Origin: an uncultured Chloroflexia bacterium
GTDB taxonomy: Bacteria > Chloroflexota > Anaerolineae > CG2-30-64-16
Reading direction: 5' to 3'
DNA length: 64,000 nt
Assembly (NCBI GenBank): GCA_963774265.1
Contig: CAVZDU010000001.1
Coordinates: 832,001-896,000, forward strand
Under the pieces are notes generated by a model. The model saw only the letters and a list, made by a program, of their open reading frames with translations. It was not told the DNA's origin and made no database searches. Shown here in pieces: positions 42,915 to 52,359 of this stretch (its first letter is position 1; each line of letters starts with the position of its first letter). Position numbers and translations under genes: made by a program.

Positions 42915-45134
42915 ATGCAATACGCTGCCGGCGGTGACCTCGTGCTGGCGTTCGATGGCGCCGGCTTGTTGAGGTCGGTGCGGCGCGCCAGCAACGGATA
43001 TGTGTACCTGAAGCAGCGGGCTGGCGTCTCGCCGTGGCGGCTCGAGCTGCGCGATCGGGCAGGGCAGACGAGGACGGTGACTGCGCACGATGCACGTGCC
43101 TGCCATATTGAGAGCGCCGGCGCGGGGCTCCAGCTCACCTGGCGGGAGATCGCGGACGCGCCTGATGTGGTCGTACATGCCTCGCTCATACCGGGGGAAG
43201 ATGGCCTGGCCTGGCGGCTGGCGGTGGATGGGATGCATCCCGACGCTGCACTCTGGCAGGCCGACTTCCCCCTCCTCGAGGGGATCCGCCCGATCGGACA
43301 GGGCGATGAGGAACAACTGCTCCTGCCGAAGGCGGGAGGATACATCGTCCGCAATGCCGCTCAGGCGCGGCTGTCCGGCCTCGATGACGACGCCGCTCGT
43401 TTTTCCTACCCGTGCGACCTGACCATGCAGTTCGTGGCCTATTACCGCGAGGGCGGCGACGGCTTACTGGCGATGGCGCAGGATCAGGACGGGTATACCA
43501 AGCGGTTCAGCCTGCACAGGAACGCGGACCTGCGGTGGACACTTGCCGTGGAGCATTTCCCTGCTGGAATGCCCCAAGACAGCGGACGGTTTTCACCTTC
43601 GTATCCCGTCACCCTTTCGGCCTTTCACGGCGACTGGATGGACGCGGCAGCATGCTACCGCACCTGGGCGATCCTTCAGCCTTGGTGCAGCCGCGGACCT
43701 CTCCATACCCGGCACGACATACCGGCCTGGCTGTTGGAAAACGGCCTCTGGGTCTGGAACCGCGGGCCATCCCCCCAGGTGTTGCCCGGGACGCGGCGCG
43801 TCCAGGAACTGGTGCAGGCGCCAGTGGCCCTGGACTGGTACTGGTGGCATGATACGTCCTACGACACCCACTTCCCCGACTACCTGCCTCCGCGAGAAGG
43901 CGCCGAGGTCTTCCGGCAGGCCGTGCATGGCTTGCATGCCGCGGGGCTGCGCGCCATGGTGTACATCAACGGCCGCCTGTGGGGGACAAGCGCGCCGAGC
44001 TGGCGAGCGAAAGGGGCGGAAAGGGCTGCCTGCAAACGCGAGAACGGCGACATCTACCGCGAGCTGTACAACATCTTTGATCCCAGCCAGGCAGAAGTGA
44101 CACCGATGTGCCCTGCCACCGCCCTGTGGCAGACCACCGTACGCGACCTGGTTGATGAACTGCTCGACCGCTATGGACTGGACGGCGTCTACCTGGATCA
44201 GATCGGCCATACGGAGCCGGAGATGTGCCATGCCCTTGAGCACGGTCACCCCGCGGGCGGGGGCAACCACTGGCGCAATGGTTATCGCACGCTCATGCAG
44301 GGGGTGCGCCGGGCCGCACAGGCTCACGCGCACGCGCAGCCGCGCGCCATCCTGCCCACCGAAGGCTCGTGCGAGGCCTATCTCGACCTGTTCGATGCCT
44401 TTCTGGTGCTGGACAACTCCTTCGAGCGCATGGGCTTCTATGATAAGCTTGATCTCAACTGGGAGAGCGTGCCTCTCTTCGCGGCCGTCTATCACGATTA
44501 TGCCTTGCAGTTCGGCTCTTACGCGTCGCTCGCGCCGCCGCCCTACGACGACCTCTGGCCTCGGCCGCAGAGTCCGATTCGCTCGCACCGCTTCCGCGAA
44601 CGTGATTTTGCCGATGCCTTCTACGCCGAGCTTGGCCGGGCTTTCGCGGCCGGCGCTCAGCCGATGGTGTCCAACGTATTTGTCGGCGACCTGGATGACC
44701 CCTCGCTGCAAGAGCATTGGCGCTTCTTGCGGGAGTTGGTGCATACGCGGCTTCATGCGGCTCCCTTCCTGGTCTATGGCGCCTGGCTCCGACCCCCCCG
44801 GCTGGTGACAGGGGAGACGCAGGTGGACTTTCTGGTGCGGGGCATCTATACGCCGCCGGAAAAGGAACACGTGATCCGGCGTCGCTTGCCGGCGGTCCTG
44901 GCATCCCTCTGGGCTGCGCCGGACGGGAGACAAGGGCTGGCGCTGGCCAACATCAGTCGTGACTCACAGCCCATTGCCTGGAGAGCGGAGGGTGTGTTTG
45001 CAGGACGGCCGACGCACCTGATTGACGGCCGCGGGCGCACCCTCTTGGGCCGGGTGGGGAGTGACGGGGTGGTTTTCGAGGGCGCCATCCCCGCTCGATC
45101 AGTACGGGTTATCGAGGTGGGAGGTCCTTCATGA
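42915..45134 (+). CDS. Large hypothetical protein, putative glycoside hydrolase (DUF6259-like)
   Basis: MQFVAYY, GDWMDAA..YR.WA, WYWWH..YD..FPDYLPP, YINGRLW, MCP, DGVYLDQ, HGHP.GGG, TEGSCE; located in a sugar ABC operon. Confidence 0.65.
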   Translation: MQYAAGGDLVLAFDGAGLLRSVRRASNGYVYLKQRAGVSPWRLELRDRAGQTRTVTAHDARACHIESAGAGLQLTWREIADAPDVVVHASLIPGEDGLAWRLAVDGMHPDAALWQADFPLLEGIRPIGQGDEEQLLLPKAGGYIVRNAAQARLSGLDDDAARFSYPCDLTMQFVAYYREGGDGLLAMAQDQDGYTKRFSLHRNADLRWTLAVEHFPAGMPQDSGRFSPSYPVTLSAFHGDWMDAAACYRTWAILQPWCSRGPLHTRHDIPAWLLENGLWVWNRGPSPQVLPGTRRVQELVQAPVALDWYWWHDTSYDTHFPDYLPPREGAEVFRQAVHGLHAAGLRAMVYINGRLWGTSAPSWRAKGAERAACKRENGDIYRELYNIFDPSQAEVTPMCPATALWQTTVRDLVDELLDRYGLDGVYLDQIGHTEPEMCHALEHGHPAGGGNHWRNGYRTLMQGVRRAAQAHAHAQPRAILPTEGSCEAYLDLFDAFLVLDNSFERMGFYDKLDLNWESVPLFAAVYHDYALQFGSYASLAPPPYDDLWPRPQSPIRSHRFRERDFADAFYAELGRAFAAGAQPMVSNVFVGDLDDPSLQEHWRFLRELVHTRLHAAPFLVYGAWLRPPRLVTGETQVDFLVRGIYTPPEKEHVIRRRLPAVLASLWAAPDGRQGLALANISRDSQPIAWRAEGVFAGRPTHLIDGRGRTLLGRVGSDGVVFEGAIPARSVRVIEVGGPS

Positions 45135-46051
45135 CCGAAATGCGCGGGGTTCCCGTCACAGAGACCCGTAATCCGTCCACCGCCACGATCGATCGGCTCG
45201 ACACGCTCGCCATGGTGCGGTTGATCAACGCGGAGGACTCGCGGGTGGCGCAGGCTGTCGCCGAGGAGCTGCCCGCGATCGCGGCCGCTATCGACGCGAT
45301 CAGTGAGCGCATGCGGCGCGGGGGAAGGCTGATCTACATCGGCGCAGGGACGTCGGGCCGCCTGGGGGTGCTCGACGCGGCGGAGTGCCCGCCCACGTTC
45401 AGCTCACCGCCGGGGTTGGTGATCGCGCTGATCGCCGGCGGCGAACGAGCCATCACGCACGCCGTGGAAGGCGCCGAGGATGACCGGGATGCCGGCGCAC
45501 GGGAGGTGGCCGGGCTTGATGTCGACTCACGTGACAGCGTGGTGGGCATCGCGGCGAGCGGGCATACGCCTTATGTTCTCGGCGGCATGGCTGAGGCGCG
45601 GCGACGCAGCGCGTTGGTTATCAGCCTGGCGTGCAGCCGGCCCTCACCCATGGCCGAGATGGCCGAGATTGCGATTGCCCCTGTGCCCGGGCCGGAGGTC
45701 ATCACCGGATCAACCCGGCTCAAGGCGGGCACCAGCCAGAAGATGGTCCTCAATATGCTTTCGACAGGCGTTATGATCCGGCTGGGCAAGACCTACGGCA
45801 ACCTGATGGTGGACGTCCAGCCCACCAACGCCAAGCTGCGCGGCCGGGCGCAACGGATTGTAGCTGAGGCGTGCGGCATCCCGATCGAGCAAGCCAGCGC
45901 CTTGCTGGCTGCCTGCGATGGGCAGGTCAAGGTGGCCATTGTGGCGCACCTGGCGGCCGTATCGCCCGAAGCGGCACGCCAACGCCTGGCCGCGGCAGGC
46001 GGGGTCGTGCGAAGGGCGCTGGAGGTGGGAGGATTGAAAATTGAAGATTGA
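45131..46051 (+). CDS. murQ: N-acetylmuramic acid 6-phosphate etherase
   Basis: [62 protein letters not shown]. Confidence 0.97.
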   Translation: MTEMRGVPVTETRNPSTATIDRLDTLAMVRLINAEDSRVAQAVAEELPAIAAAIDAISERMRRGGRLIYIGAGTSGRLGVLDAAECPPTFSSPPGLVIALIAGGERAITHAVEGAEDDRDAGAREVAGLDVDSRDSVVGIAASGHTPYVLGGMAEARRRSALVISLACSRPSPMAEMAEIAIAPVPGPEVITGSTRLKAGTSQKMVLNMLSTGVMIRLGKTYGNLMVDVQPTNAKLRGRAQRIVAEACGIPIEQASALLAACDGQVKVAIVAHLAAVSPEAARQRLAAAGGVVRRALEVGGLKIED

Positions 46052-46093
46052 AGATTGAAGATTGGAGGTTGAAGGTTGGAGGTTGGAAGTGGA
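46031..46093 (+). repeat. Heptanucleotide tandem repeat (about 9 degenerate AGATTGA/AGGTTGG units) spanning the murQ stop and the next start
   Basis: GGATTGA AAATTGA AGATTGA AGATTGA AGATTGG AGGTTGA AGGTTGG AGGTTGG AAGTGGA. Confidence 0.85.
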
Positions 46094-47039
46094 GCGCGCA
46101 TGTGTTCTGGGGATTGACGGCGGGGGCAGCAAGACGTTGGCGCTGGTGGCCGGCGCGGGCGGGGAGGTGCTGGGCCGGGGGGAGGCGGGACCGTCGAACT
46201 ACCAGGTGATCGGTCTAGAGGCCACGCTGGCCAGCCTGGAGGCGGCGACCAGCGCCGCGCTGGCGAGCGCAAGCCGTAGCCGCCGTGATCTGGTCGCGGT
46301 CTGCGTAGGGCTGGCCGGCGTTGCACGGCCTGCCGATCGCGAGCGGCTGGCCGCCTGGGCGGCCCACACCCTGCCCGGCGTCCCGATCACCATTGCCAAC
46401 GATGCGCAACTGGTGATGGCAGCCGGCACGCCCCACGGCTGGGGTGTGGCGCTGATTTGCGGCACCGGGTCGATCGCGATGGGTCGTAGTTCCGATGGGC
46501 GAACGGCCCGTGCGGGCGGGTGGGGCTATCTGCTGGGGGACGAGGGCAGCGGCTATGCCATCGGCCTGGCCGCGCTGCGCGCCGTGATGCGTGCCTATGA
46601 TGGCCGCGGCCCCCAGACCGCGCTCGTCGACGCGGTGCTCGGCCACACCGGCCTGGACGACCCTGCCGGCCTGGTGGCCCGGACGTATGCGCCCGCCGCG
46701 GGAGCGGGGGCCACGGCCAGCCCCGCGCAGATCGCCGCGCTGGCCGAGATGGTCGACGCGGCGGCGCTGGGGGGCGACGACGTCGCGCGCGGCATCCTGC
46801 GGGACGCGGGGCGCGAGCTGGCGCTGGCTGCATGGGCCGTGGTGCGGCGGCTGGAGCTCGCGGGCGCGGTGCCCTGCGGCCTGGCCGGCGGCGTGATCGT
46901 GAAGGGGACCGCGCTGCGCGCCGCGTTCGTCACTGCCGCCGCGGCCCTGGGCTGCGAGCTCGCGCCGGTGGCCCTCGTCCCCGAGCCCGCACGCGGCGCG
47001 GTCGCCCTCGCGCTGGAGCAGATCGCCGGCAATTTCTAA
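46089..47039 (+). CDS. GlcNAc/MurNAc kinase (BadF/BadG/BcrA/BcrD family, MurK-like)
   Basis: LGIDGGGSKT, GPSN, GLAG, NDA, ICGTGSI, AGGWGYLLGDEGSGY; directly after murQ. Confidence 0.9.
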   Translation: MERACVLGIDGGGSKTLALVAGAGGEVLGRGEAGPSNYQVIGLEATLASLEAATSAALASASRSRRDLVAVCVGLAGVARPADRERLAAWAAHTLPGVPITIANDAQLVMAAGTPHGWGVALICGTGSIAMGRSSDGRTARAGGWGYLLGDEGSGYAIGLAALRAVMRAYDGRGPQTALVDAVLGHTGLDDPAGLVARTYAPAAGAGATASPAQIAALAEMVDAAALGGDDVARGILRDAGRELALAAWAVVRRLELAGAVPCGLAGGVIVKGTALRAAFVTAAAALGCELAPVALVPEPARGAVALALEQIAGNF

Positions 47040-47237
47040 CCCGCTGCGCTGCCCGAACATGAAATTTCGGATTGACATTCCGAGATTTCATGAGATCACG
47101 GCCTCATGATTCAGCCTTTGATGACGAGAAAATCACTGTCTGCACAATCACAGATGTGGCGGGCCTCGCCGGTCAGATGCTATCTTGATATCGTGCGTCA
47201 CGCCATCCGCCCCGGCCGATAGGGTGTCCTTTTTTTC

Positions 47238-48308
47238 CTATGCCGTGAGCCAGGCGACGGTGTCCGCGTCCAGCTTGCGGACCAGGGTGATGAGCAGCCG
47301 CACCAGGCCGTCGAAGTCGTCGCGATGGATGATGGCGCTGTGCGAGTGGATATGGCGCGCGGGAACCGCCAGCACCACCGTAGGCACGCCCAGCCCGTGC
47401 AGATGGATCGGCGCGCCGTCGGTGGCGCCGCCCTCGATGAGCGAGACCTGCAGCGGCTGACCCATCTCCTGGGCCGTGTCCATGACCAGGTCGCGCAGGC
47501 GCAGATTGGGGATCATGCGCGCGTCGTACATCAGGATCGTCGGGCCTTTGCCCATCTTGACCGCGGACTCTTCCGGCTTGATGTCGGGCACATCGCCCGC
47601 GATGTCTGATTCCAGGACGATCGCCACGTCGGGGTTGACCAACTCGACGCTGGTCGTCGCGCCGCGCACGCCCACCTCTTCCATCACCGTGGCCGCGCTA
47701 TAGAGGGCATTGGGATGGCCGGAGGTCAGCAGCTCCTGCATGGCCTGCACCATGGCCGCGCACCCCACGCGGTCGTCGAAGGCCTTGGAAAGGTACGTCT
47801 TGGGGTTGGCCAGGATACGGAAGTCGGCCAGCGGCACGACCGGATCGCCGACGCGCACGCCGGCCGCGGCAACCTCTTCGGCGGAGCTGGCGCCGATGTC
47901 GATGTACATCGACTTCTTCTCGACGACCTTGGTGCGCTCGTCCGCGCTGAGGAGGTGGGGCGGCTTGGCGCCCATGACCCCCACGACGTCTCCCCGGGTC
48001 GTCTTGATCACCACGCGCTGGCCCAGGAGCACCTGGTCGAACCAGCCGCCGAGCTGCACGAACTTGAGGAAGCCCTCCTTCGTCACGTGCTTGACCATGA
48101 AGCCGATCTCGTCCATGTGTGCGGCGAGCATCACGCGCGGCGCGTCCGCCGCACCCCCCTGCCGGCAGACCACGCTGCCGATCTTGTCCTGCTCCAGGGT
48201 GCCGAGGGGCTCCAGGTAGCCGCGCATCAGCGCCCTGACGCCGGCCTCGTAGCCGGGGACGCCGTGGACCTCGGTGAGTTCTTTGAGAAGGTGTTCGGTG
48301 CTATCCAT
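47238..48308 (-). CDS. M42 family metallopeptidase
   Basis: GVPGYE, AAHMDEIG, KPPH, YIDIGA, KAFDDRVG, EEVGVRGA, GATD, RHIHS. Confidence 0.94.
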   Translation of the reverse strand: MDSTEHLLKELTEVHGVPGYEAGVRALMRGYLEPLGTLEQDKIGSVVCRQGGAADAPRVMLAAHMDEIGFMVKHVTKEGFLKFVQLGGWFDQVLLGQRVVIKTTRGDVVGVMGAKPPHLLSADERTKVVEKKSMYIDIGASSAEEVAAAGVRVGDPVVPLADFRILANPKTYLSKAFDDRVGCAAMVQAMQELLTSGHPNALYSAATVMEEVGVRGATTSVELVNPDVAIVLESDIAGDVPDIKPEESAVKMGKGPTILMYDARMIPNLRLRDLVMDTAQEMGQPLQVSLIEGGATDGAPIHLHGLGVPTVVLAVPARHIHSHSAIIHRDDFDGLVRLLITLVRKLDADTVAWLTA

Positions 48309-48516
48309 GAGAGGGTCCTTTCGAGTGATGGTGGAATCGGACGGTTGGCCGCGCGAGCAGTGTAGCATATCGCGGGCAGGGCACAACGACTACCACTTGG
48401 TAACATTACCATTTGGCTTGACACGGATTCCGGAGTGGGCGCCAGTTGTCAGCGTGACATAACTCCGGAGGGGAGAAGATAGAGCAAGCGACCAGAGGAC
48501 AGGGAAGTGCAACCCA

Positions 48517-48708
48517 TTAAAATGCATCGCCCGTCAGGCCCTTGCGAGTCATGCGGTAGAAGTACGCGAAGAGGCGTTGGAACCCAACATCGTTAGCGAC
48601 GCTGCGTTCTCCGTACCACCGCATGAGTTGGCAGTAGTTGTCGACGGACTTCGCCGAGACACCGCGAATGACTGGCTCAGCATGAGCGGCCAGGAGTTCA
48701 AGGTTCAC
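48517..48708 (-). pseudogene. Short hypothetical ORF, probably a truncated second integron cassette gene
   Basis: Begins about 20 bp after the attC R' site with a GGAGG RBS; 63 aa; no downstream attC seen. Confidence 0.45.
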
Positions 48709-48727
48709 GACAAGCCTCCGCCGTTGT

Positions 48728-48820
48728 TCCTAACGGCCCGCGGTTCAGCCTCCGCCGAATTGACGAAATGCCTCTCGCAGCTGCGCGCGGTAGGTGGTCG
48801 GCTGGAAACGCCTGTTGGGC
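48728..48820 (-). mobile_element. Integron attC recombination site
   Basis: Minus strand: R'' GCCCAAC, 5 bp, L'' TTTCCAGC-CGAC ... L' GCTGAAC, 8 bp, R' GTTAGGA; imperfect palindrome downstream of hicB. Confidence 0.8.
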
Positions 48821-48894
48821 CCGTGGTCACCTCCATCCACGGCCCCGGCTTGCCGCCACGACCACCCGCCTCTTGCATGATTCAACCAACGAAT

Positions 48895-49110
48895 CTATGC
48901 AGGTATGGCGATGTACTCTGCGAACGAACGTGCCCGGGGTACCGGGAGCTTGTCTTCCAGCAGTCCTCGCACGTGCATGTCAATCGCTTCGTGCATGTTA
49001 CGAGCGACCTGATCGCGGGTCTTACCGGTGGCCACGCAGCCGGGCAGATCCGGCGAATACGCCGAGTAGTTGCCGTCCGCTTTTTCGATCACAACTAAAA
49101 ATCGATGCAT
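48895..49110 (-). CDS. hicB: HicB family antitoxin (short form, no DNA-binding domain)
   Basis: FLVVIEKADGNYSAYSPDLPGCVATGKT...HEAI..H..GL.ED..PVP. Confidence 0.93.
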   Translation of the reverse strand: MHRFLVVIEKADGNYSAYSPDLPGCVATGKTRDQVARNMHEAIDMHVRGLLEDKLPVPRARSFAEYIAIPA

Positions 49111-49111
49111 C

Positions 49112-49321
49112 TTATTCACCCTGTTCGGATTGGGACCTGGATAGCTGGGCTTGTTTGAGCACGCTGTTGAGCGTGCCAGGTGCAAGATCGTCCGCTGGAT
49201 GACCGGCGATCGTGACACGACCTGATTTCGCCGGATGCTTGAACTGCCGGTGGCTGCCTTTGGTTGCCACCAGATACCAACCATCGCTTTCGATCAACTT
49301 GATCACGTCTCGAACCTTCAT
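49112..49321 (-). CDS. hicA: HicA family mRNA-interferase toxin
   Basis: MKVRDVIKLIESDGW...KGSHRQFKHP.K.GRVTIAGH...LAPGTLNSVLKQA. Confidence 0.95.
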   Translation of the reverse strand: MKVRDVIKLIESDGWYLVATKGSHRQFKHPAKSGRVTIAGHPADDLAPGTLNSVLKQAQLSRSQSEQGE

Positions 49322-49495
49322 CGCCTGTCGCCTTTGCTGCCAAAGTTGAGGGACGACCATTGCTACGTTGATATTCTACCATAGCTTGGGGAGGAGCATC
49401 TTGGATGAACTACGTATTTGGAGTGCCGATGTAACCTCAAGCAGAGCCTTGACGGGGCACCACTCGCTGCGACCATCGGTCCAACGCGCTGCCTG

Positions 49496-49533
49496 GCCTA
49501 ACTCGTCACTATGCTGCAACTTGCACAATAAGC
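49496..49533 (-). mobile_element. attI-like site / cassette core site
   Basis: Minus strand GCATAGT-GACGA-GTTAGGC (L box, 5 bp, R box); GTTAGGC is complementary to the attC inverse core GCCCAAC with one mismatch. Confidence 0.5.
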
Positions 49534-49546
49534 TTCGCCCGCGCGA

Positions 49547-49606
49547 GCGCGGCACTTCGATGTGGATGTCAATCCGGTTCAGCAGCGGGCCGGAGAGGCG
49601 CTTCTG
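49547..49606 (-). pseudogene. comM: 60-bp internal fragment of comM/yifB (Mg-chelatase-like AAA+ ATPase)
   Basis: Translates QKRLSGPLLNRIDIHIEVPR, versus the conserved ComM motif YxxRISGPLLDRIDIHIEVP. Confidence 0.8.
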
Positions 49607-49651
49607 ACGGGGCCGCGGGCATGCGACGCGGGGTCGGTGTGGGCCGCTCTA

Positions 49652-50761
49652 TCAACCCACCGCAGGACCAACATCGGCGCCGTGGCGCCGGCGCATCGCG
49701 TCGAGCACCTTGGGCATGGCTTTCGTGTACGCCCAGTAGAGCCCCTTGTTCACCGGATAGTCCCACGCGGCGATGTGGGGGGTGAATTCTCCGCCGAAGC
49801 CCTGTTTGAAGCGGTAGACTCCCCACATGGGATCGCTCTCCTCAAGGATATCCGGCGCACCCCACCAGTCGTACCGGGTGCAGCCGTGAGCCTTGGCCCA
49901 GCGCATCGCGGCCCATTGGAGCGCGTGATTTGGCATCAGGTCGCGGTGCGCCCCTGTGGACGCGCCGTAGAAGTACCAGGCTGTGGGGCCGAAGCGGAAG
50001 AGGATGAGGCCGGCCACCGGCCGGCCCCCAACCTCTGCAAGAAGGACATGGGCGAGGCCGCCGGACAGGAAACGCTCCCAGATTGCCTTGTAGTAGCTGA
50101 AGGGCCGCACCAGGAAGCCGTCGCGGCCGCCGGTTTCGGCGTACATGGCGTAGAACGTGGGCAGATCGCTCACCGCACCATCTCGCACGATGACGCCGCT
50201 GCGCTCGGCCAGGCGGATGTTGTAGCGCCATTTGGGCTTCATCGCGGCCAGGAGCGCCCCTTCGTCAGGGGACAGGTCGGAGATCACCGTGTTGCGATAC
50301 TGGATCTGTTCGTCCGACAGCACCCAACCCCGCCGCTGAAGTAACTCGACCACGGCCACACCCTCGGGCGAATCGGCAGCCAGGTCCGGGTCGATTTTGA
50401 CGAAAATGCAGTGTGATCGGCGGGCTTCACGCTCCAGGTCGCGCACGACGCGCAGGCGCAGCTCCTCATCCGACCAATCCAGCAGGGGTCCCTTCGGGAC
50501 GTAGGCGACGGCCAGGGGCAGAGCACGGTTGAGTTGGCGAACCAGCACCGCAGCCGCGGCCCAAATTGTGTAGCGGACAGGGGCCTCGGGGACCAGCGCC
50601 TGCTCGCCCCAACTCAAGCGCCTGGCGCGCCAGCCCGTTTGCGCCTTTGTCTCGCCCCAGGCCCAGCTCTGCAGGATGTGCGGCTCGGGCATCGCGAGCA
50701 CCTGGCTGTCCCAGGTCCGCGGTTCGGTGATCTCACGCGGGGCCAGCGCAGTCTCGTTCAT
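49652..50761 (-). CDS. FemAB/FemX family aminoacyl-tRNA-dependent peptidyl transferase 2
   Basis: HILQSWAWGETK..GW, YVPKGP, KIDP, MKPKWRYNIRLA, YFYGAS, LMPNHALQW, YDWWG, GVYRFKQGFGG. Confidence 0.93.
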   Translation of the reverse strand: MNETALAPREITEPRTWDSQVLAMPEPHILQSWAWGETKAQTGWRARRLSWGEQALVPEAPVRYTIWAAAAVLVRQLNRALPLAVAYVPKGPLLDWSDEELRLRVVRDLEREARRSHCIFVKIDPDLAADSPEGVAVVELLQRRGWVLSDEQIQYRNTVISDLSPDEGALLAAMKPKWRYNIRLAERSGVIVRDGAVSDLPTFYAMYAETGGRDGFLVRPFSYYKAIWERFLSGGLAHVLLAEVGGRPVAGLILFRFGPTAWYFYGASTGAHRDLMPNHALQWAAMRWAKAHGCTRYDWWGAPDILEESDPMWGVYRFKQGFGGEFTPHIAAWDYPVNKGLYWAYTKAMPKVLDAMRRRHGADVGPAVG

Positions 50762-51912
50762 CCGGCCGCTCCTGCGGGCGCCCGCGATTTCCGCGCCCGT
50801 AGTGCAAGCTTGTAGAGCGCATAGCCGGGCCGAGAGAGGGGCAGATCCCAGGCTCCGGCATAGCGGACCACGGCTCCGCCGAAGCCCTGCTTAAAGCGAT
50901 AGACGCCCCAGAGCCCGCCTTCACCCCAGCTTTTAGGCTCCGCATATGCGTTTGGGTTCGCGCCCACCTCGTCAGGGATGCCCCACAGATCGTACGTGGT
51001 GCAGCCCCGGTCCCGCGCCCACCGCATCGCAGCCCACTGGACGGCGTGGTTTGGCATCAGGTTGCGCCCTTCGTCGGCCGACGCCCCCCACATGTAGCAG
51101 GCGGTGTGGCCCAGCGCAAACACGGCGATCGCAGCGAGAAGCTGGCCTTCGTGCTCGGCCAGCATCCAGGTCATCAGGCCGGGCTGCAAGAATAACTCGG
51201 TGGCGCGGCGGTGATACGCGGCGTTGTGGACGCCGAAGCTGTCGCGCGCTCCGGTGGCGTCCATCAGGCGCTGGATCGCGGGCAGGTCATCCGTCCCGCC
51301 CGCGCGCACTGCGACCCCCTTGCGTTCGGCCAGGCGGATGTTATAGCGCCACTTTTGCTTCATGCGGCCCAGGATCATTTCCTCATCCCCTGACAGGTCC
51401 ACATGGATCGTGCTCAGCGGCTGGACGCGCTGCGGGCTCGGCGTATAACCATACCTTCCCAAGGCGGCGGCCAACTCCGGTGAAGGCGGCAGCTCGGGCT
51501 CGATCTTGAGCAAGGCCGCGCGGCCCTTTGCAGCCGCATTGCGCGCCATGGTCAGCACTGCGCGCACCTGTGCCCCGTCGCTCCAGTCGACCGCGGGTCC
51601 CTTAGGCACGTAAGCGACGGTCTGGCCCCAAGGCAGCTTGCGAAACAGGATGCTCGCGCCGCCGAGCAGGGGTGCGTCGGGGCTGGGGATGGTGCGCAGG
51701 GCCACGCGCGCGGCGGACCAGCCGAAGTCGGACTTGAGGCGGGCCCACCGGGCAGTCTGCAGGATGTGTCCGGCGGGGGAGCCTGCCAGAAAGCTATCCC
51801 ACGCGTCATCGGCTTCGATGCTCTGGCCCGGCGCGTAGCTTTGACGGTCGACGACCCACACGTGCCTGGGCTGCGGCATATCGGCGTAAAGCCTGTCGAG
51901 ATCAGTTGTCAC
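50758..51912 (-). CDS. FemAB/FemX family aminoacyl-tRNA-dependent peptidyl transferase 1
   Basis: GHILQT..W..LKSDFGW, YVPKGP, KIEP, MKQKWRYNIRLA, YMWGAS, YDLWG, GVYRFKQGFGG; overlaps the start of the second gene. Confidence 0.93.
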   Translation of the reverse strand: MTTDLDRLYADMPQPRHVWVVDRQSYAPGQSIEADDAWDSFLAGSPAGHILQTARWARLKSDFGWSAARVALRTIPSPDAPLLGGASILFRKLPWGQTVAYVPKGPAVDWSDGAQVRAVLTMARNAAAKGRAALLKIEPELPPSPELAAALGRYGYTPSPQRVQPLSTIHVDLSGDEEMILGRMKQKWRYNIRLAERKGVAVRAGGTDDLPAIQRLMDATGARDSFGVHNAAYHRRATELFLQPGLMTWMLAEHEGQLLAAIAVFALGHTACYMWGASADEGRNLMPNHAVQWAAMRWARDRGCTTYDLWGIPDEVGANPNAYAEPKSWGEGGLWGVYRFKQGFGGAVVRYAGAWDLPLSRPGYALYKLALRARKSRAPAGAAG

Positions 51913-51995
51913 CCGCCCATTATATGCGCGCACGGGGGGGGCGGCGAATCGAGCGATTTGCGAATCGTGCGATCAAGGGCTATGCGGCTAATGAT

Positions 51996-52024
51996 TTGAC
52001 ACTATGCTCTCATCTGCGTATACT
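51996..52024 (+). promoter_or_regulatory. Sigma70-type promoter of the tRNA pair
   Basis: TTGACA 51996, 17 bp, TATACT 52019. Confidence 0.85.
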
Positions 52025-52037
52025 CACCTTTACCCGC

Positions 52038-52110
52038 GGGGCTGTAGCTCATCTGGGAGAGCGCTACAATCGCACTGTAGAGGCAAGGGGTTCGAGTCCC
52101 CTCAGCTCCA
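52038..52110 (+). tRNA. tRNA-Ala(CGC)
   Basis: Acceptor GGGGCTG/CAGCTCC with G3:U70, A73; anticodon arm CTACA-ATCGCAC-TGTAG; T arm AGGGG-TTCGAGT-CCCCT; CCA not encoded. Confidence 0.96.
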
Positions 52111-52185
52111 CTGGGACGCCAAACTGGAGAGCCGGCAAGTTACGGAAGGTAGGCTAGTTCACCGAGAACGAAGGTCGGCGCTAAT

Positions 52186-52258
<73 letters not shown>

Positions 52259-52287
52259 CTACCGGCAACCAGTGTGGCCCGCACCAG

Positions 52288-52326
52288 TCCCCTTCGTCGA
52301 TGAGATAGGCGAAGGGGATTTTTGTT
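52288..52326 (+). terminator. Intrinsic terminator after the tRNA pair
   Basis: TCCCCTTCGTC ... GGCGAAGGGGA followed by TTTTTGTT. Confidence 0.8.
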
Positions 52327-52359
52327 ATTCGGATTGTTCATTTTCAGAGAGGGAGCACC

